A DNA stretch of 64,000 nucleotides, taken from positions 1,258 through 65,257 of IMG/VR virus record IMGVR_UViG_3300037067_001478. One strand, 5' to 3'. Position numbers and translations under genes: made by a program. Positions 61,168 through 64,000 of the stretch are shown here, piece after piece (position 1 is the first letter of the stretch; each line of letters opens with the position of its first letter). The notes under the pieces are model-generated. The model saw nothing but the letters and a program-made list of their open reading frames with translations. It did no database searches and had not been told where the DNA came from. Source of the DNA: a virus. Its lineage: Duplodnaviria > Caudoviricetes.

Positions 61168-61593
61168 ATGGAAGTTAAATGTCTTGGTATGTATTTTAAT
61201 GAAACGTCCATCGACGAAGATGAAGAACCAAGCATAGACCTGACGATTAAGAAATATGATCTTGATCGCTCGTCTGGGTTTATCATTGGTCGTTTCAAAT
61301 TTGATATTGAGAGTCGCTCGAAACTTGTTTTCAGCGTTACCCTCGATGGTAAGAAAGTAGATGACTATGGAACTAACCTTCCTTACTTCGAGAAGTCTGG
61401 CATCTACGACACAACTCTGTTCCACTATCCTAATAGCGCGAGAGCCAACAAACCAGGTATCCACAGAGTCCACGTTGAATGTGGTCTGATTGATAAGATT
61501 GTTGAGTCTAGCGACAGGATGAAATGGTATCCAGCAAAGGCAAAGAGCGTCGCTGATTTCGTAATCAGACTTCTTCCTAACGAAACTGAATGA
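61168..61593 (+). CDS. hypothetical protein
   Basis: AGGAG RBS. Confidence 0.55.
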   Translation: MEVKCLGMYFNETSIDEDEEPSIDLTIKKYDLDRSSGFIIGRFKFDIESRSKLVFSVTLDGKKVDDYGTNLPYFEKSGIYDTTLFHYPNSARANKPGIHRVHVECGLIDKIVESSDRMKWYPAKAKSVADFVIRLLPNETE

Positions 61594-61734
61594 GGTGAAC
61601 CACATGGTTCAATTTTTAATCGAAGAAAAGTTTGCAGAGAAACTCCTCGAATATCTAGCGAGCAAACCATACAGCGAAGTGGTTGAACTCGTCGAAGGTA
61701 TGCGACTGCTCCGCAAATTTGAGGCTGATAAGAA

Positions 61735-62217
61735 ATGAAAGTCGGTGATTTAGTCGAGGATGAATCACTGTATGAGGAACCAGTAGCCATCCCGAAAACA
61801 AATGTGATGGTAATAAATCCCGACGATCCATACGACACGCCCGATGAACGCGCAGAATGTAACGACTTCATCTTCCAGAAATTTTTCTGTTGGTCTGGTG
61901 TTGATGGAACATTCTCAACCTGGCGCGAGCGTCATGTATTCCTTCGTGGATTCCGTAATGGATTTGGAACCACGTTATTCTCGAAGTTTGAATGTACCCC
62001 TGCAATGTGGAACGACGAGGCTCAATACTATGAGGCTGGTCAAGAGATGGGATACGTTATAAAGATTGGCTTCCAGATAAGCGCTGTATTCATCGCAACT
62101 CAACTCGGTGTCCTCACGGCACTAACGGGTGGAGTTGATGTGACCACCGCAGTCGAACCGAGTAAAGAACTTGTTTCAAAAATCGTAGATGCAATACTCA
62201 CTCGCATTGGTCTTTGA
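61735..62217 (+). CDS. hypothetical protein with C-terminal hydrophobic segment
   Basis: ORF in operon. Confidence 0.55.
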   Translation: MKVGDLVEDESLYEEPVAIPKTNVMVINPDDPYDTPDERAECNDFIFQKFFCWSGVDGTFSTWRERHVFLRGFRNGFGTTLFSKFECTPAMWNDEAQYYEAGQEMGYVIKIGFQISAVFIATQLGVLTALTGGVDVTTAVEPSKELVSKIVDAILTRIGL

Positions 62218-62226
62218 GGTGTTACC

Positions 62227-63084
62227 GTGGCTGTCGATGGTAAAGGTAGAGTTATCATTGGAAGTAAGATCGACGAATTCGGTCTTATGATTTTTCAAGG
62301 TAACTTCAATGAGTTCGGTAACTTTGCCAAAGCGCAGAGATTGTTCCATGTTATATTGACAGAGATATTGACAATAACGCATGTGAAGCATACAACCTTC
62401 AAACGATACGTCGATGAGCCAATACAGATTACAGTTTCCAGTGTGCGAGCGCTTTATAAGAGCCTTACAGAAACACTTACAATCACCACATCCAAATCAC
62501 TACAAGTCACCCGCACTATTGCTACCAGCATCTTATTAAGCATTGCTAGACACACAGAATTGAATCGTACGTACCAACAGATTGTGCATATCACTCCAAA
62601 CTATTACAAGCGATTCTACATAGTAATGTCATTAGAGATACTGCATCTCACTCAAACTGTTTCACCAATAAAGGCGATCATCACACGACAGGTTCCTGTT
62701 ATTATTTCTACGGTTAGAACTCTGTCCTTCAAACGCAATATATCTGAACCAGTAACAATATCAATATCGAGATATGTCAAGCGTCACTTCGATACAACGA
62801 TACATATAATAGACGCTAAACGCCATACAACTGTTCGCCGTATAATGAATACTACCGTAACAATAACTGCCATTTACGAAGCAGCAATACCATACATCAT
62901 GAGATACTTCTCGACTAAAGTTCGAGAGGTTGACAAGGCTGTAAATATATATCAGAATATCAAATCATCCTTCGTCAATCGAATAAGACAATCAGAAGTC
63001 CGACGTGTGAAAACACAGTCGCAGATTTATCCAGTTCATAAAAATTCCAACGTCGCGTTGGATGATGGTCGTGATGTGAAATGA
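62227..63084 (+). CDS. Thr/Ile-rich protein with ~18-aa degenerate repeats
   Basis: Recurrent (F/L)xRxLxExLTIT units. Confidence 0.6.
   Translation: MAVDGKGRVIIGSKIDEFGLMIFQGNFNEFGNFAKAQRLFHVILTEILTITHVKHTTFKRYVDEPIQITVSSVRALYKSLTETLTITTSKSLQVTRTIATSILLSIARHTELNRTYQQIVHITPNYYKRFYIVMSLEILHLTQTVSPIKAIITRQVPVIISTVRTLSFKRNISEPVTISISRYVKRHFDTTIHIIDAKRHTTVRRIMNTTVTITAIYEAAIPYIMRYFSTKVREVDKAVNIYQNIKSSFVNRIRQSEVRRVKTQSQIYPVHKNSNVALDDGRDVK
62521..62550 (-). promoter_or_regulatory. degenerate dyad TAATAA element, antisense inside a gene
   Basis: Minus strand TCTAGCAA TGCT TAATAA GATG CTGGTAGC; 13/16 arm matches. Confidence 0.3.
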
Positions 63085-63416
63085 GAATGAAACAAGGAAA
63101 TCTTTTTCCGTTTGAGTATATTCTTCAGTACGATGATGGTACTCCAATAGATTTATCTGGTGCAACTGTCACCATTACAATGACATTGGATGGAGCATCA
63201 TCTCCTACCGTCGATGCTGAAACGTGTGGTATCGTTGACGCTACTGCTGGTAAAATTAAATACACCTGGCAGAGTGGTGAAACTAATGATGTCGGAATGT
63301 ATATCATAGAATTCTTGGTTACATTCGTGGATACTTCTACGCTGTCTGTTCCTTCGGGTGACATCATATGGATGTTCATAATGCCAAGTCTTACTGCGAC
63401 GGTGGTTCCCCCATGA
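63081..63416 (+). CDS. BppU N-terminal-like Ig-fold virion protein
   Basis: MKQG, PIDLSGATV, GKIKY.W..G.T..G.Y..EF.VTF.D. Confidence 0.75.
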   Translation: MRMKQGNLFPFEYILQYDDGTPIDLSGATVTITMTLDGASSPTVDAETCGIVDATAGKIKYTWQSGETNDVGMYIIEFLVTFVDTSTLSVPSGDIIWMFIMPSLTATVVPP

Positions 63417-63838
63417 ACAAAACTTTTAACCGCGATACTTCTTCTCTCGAAAAGATTCGCTCTATGACAGAGCAACTCAACTGTAAGGAGAGAGAATTGG
63501 TGAGAGCCAATAAAAGGTTTCGCGCTATTCTTGATCATGCGCCAATCGGTATGTTGATGACATCGGGTCGTAAAATAATTGACGCTAATATCCGTGTCGG
63601 AGAGATGCTTGGATATGATACAAAGGACTTAATAGGGCAGTCCACTCGCATAATATATGATTCCGATGAAACATTCGATTACGTCGGTAGGCTTCTAGCC
63701 GAGGACAAGAAAGAGTTTACCTGTCGCGTGAACATGCGCCACTCCGATGGCGTTATAAAAGAATACACGCTCAAGGTCACAAAGATTACAGACGACGAAA
63801 ATGTCGCCAGCATTTACGTTGAATTTCGGGGTGTGTGA
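63413..63838 (+). CDS. stand-alone PAS domain protein with N-terminal coiled coil (start reassigned to 63413)
   Basis: RFRAILDHAPIGM, IIDAN..V.EMLGY...DLIG, R.NMRHSDG. Confidence 0.85.
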   Translation: MNKTFNRDTSSLEKIRSMTEQLNCKERELVRANKRFRAILDHAPIGMLMTSGRKIIDANIRVGEMLGYDTKDLIGQSTRIIYDSDETFDYVGRLLAEDKKEFTCRVNMRHSDGVIKEYTLKVTKITDDENVASIYVEFRGV

Positions 63839-64000
63839 TGATAGAAGGAGATTGGTCAGAGTGGCGTAACCACGTACTCAAAGAACTTGAACGTCAGAAC
63901 AACAACCTGGAAGCACTCGCCGAAAAGTTTGATGCTTATGAGAAGGCCTGTCTCCAAAAAGAAGGTGACCAGAAGGTCATTAATGCGAGATCGGAAGAGC
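63838..64000 (+). CDS. holin/XhlA-like coiled-coil protein, partial
   Basis: MIEGDWSEWRNHVLKELERQ...; coupled via TGATG; runs off window, TM part not visible. Confidence 0.4.
   Translation, partial: MIEGDWSEWRNHVLKELERQNNNLEALAEKFDAYEKACLQKEGDQKVINARSEE

Noticed and set aside
1-64000. Integrase, repressor cassette or contractile tail sheath
   Set aside because: No recombinase or sheath motifs found; temperate lifestyle or myovirus morphology not supported in this window.

Overview
Part of the genome of a tailed archaeal dsDNA virus (Caudoviricetes, siphovirus-like: a tail tube gene but no sheath gene). The archaeal host is inferred from PCNA, an MCM-like ATPase, an ERCC4 nuclease, archaeal-type ThyA, TTTAAATA TATA boxes and oligo-T tracts after genes. 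A class II RNR and a PAS protein suggest an anaerobic euryarchaeon such as a methanogen, but the host is not proven. Two divergent arms meet in a poorly coding control region at about 37-40.2 kb. The left arm (minus strand) holds small early genes, an amidoligase/GATase pair, two C5 DNA methyltransferases, an RNA-repair set (RtcB, DRB0094-type ligase, class II CCA enzyme) and replication/nucleotide genes. The right arm (plus strand) holds packaging, head, tail and fibre genes, then a stand-alone PAS protein and a holin-like ORF. Highlights: (1) a 30-bp dyad element TCYRGYAG-N4-TAATAA-N4-CTRCYRGA found by eye 9 times across both arms, mostly co-oriented with transcription at TATA-like spacing from start codons, probably a virus-specific promoter/operator class; (2) the RNA-repair set; (3) the PAS sensor in the late operon; (4) two single-base frame breaks in tail genes. 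All protein assignments come from motifs and synteny, not database searches.
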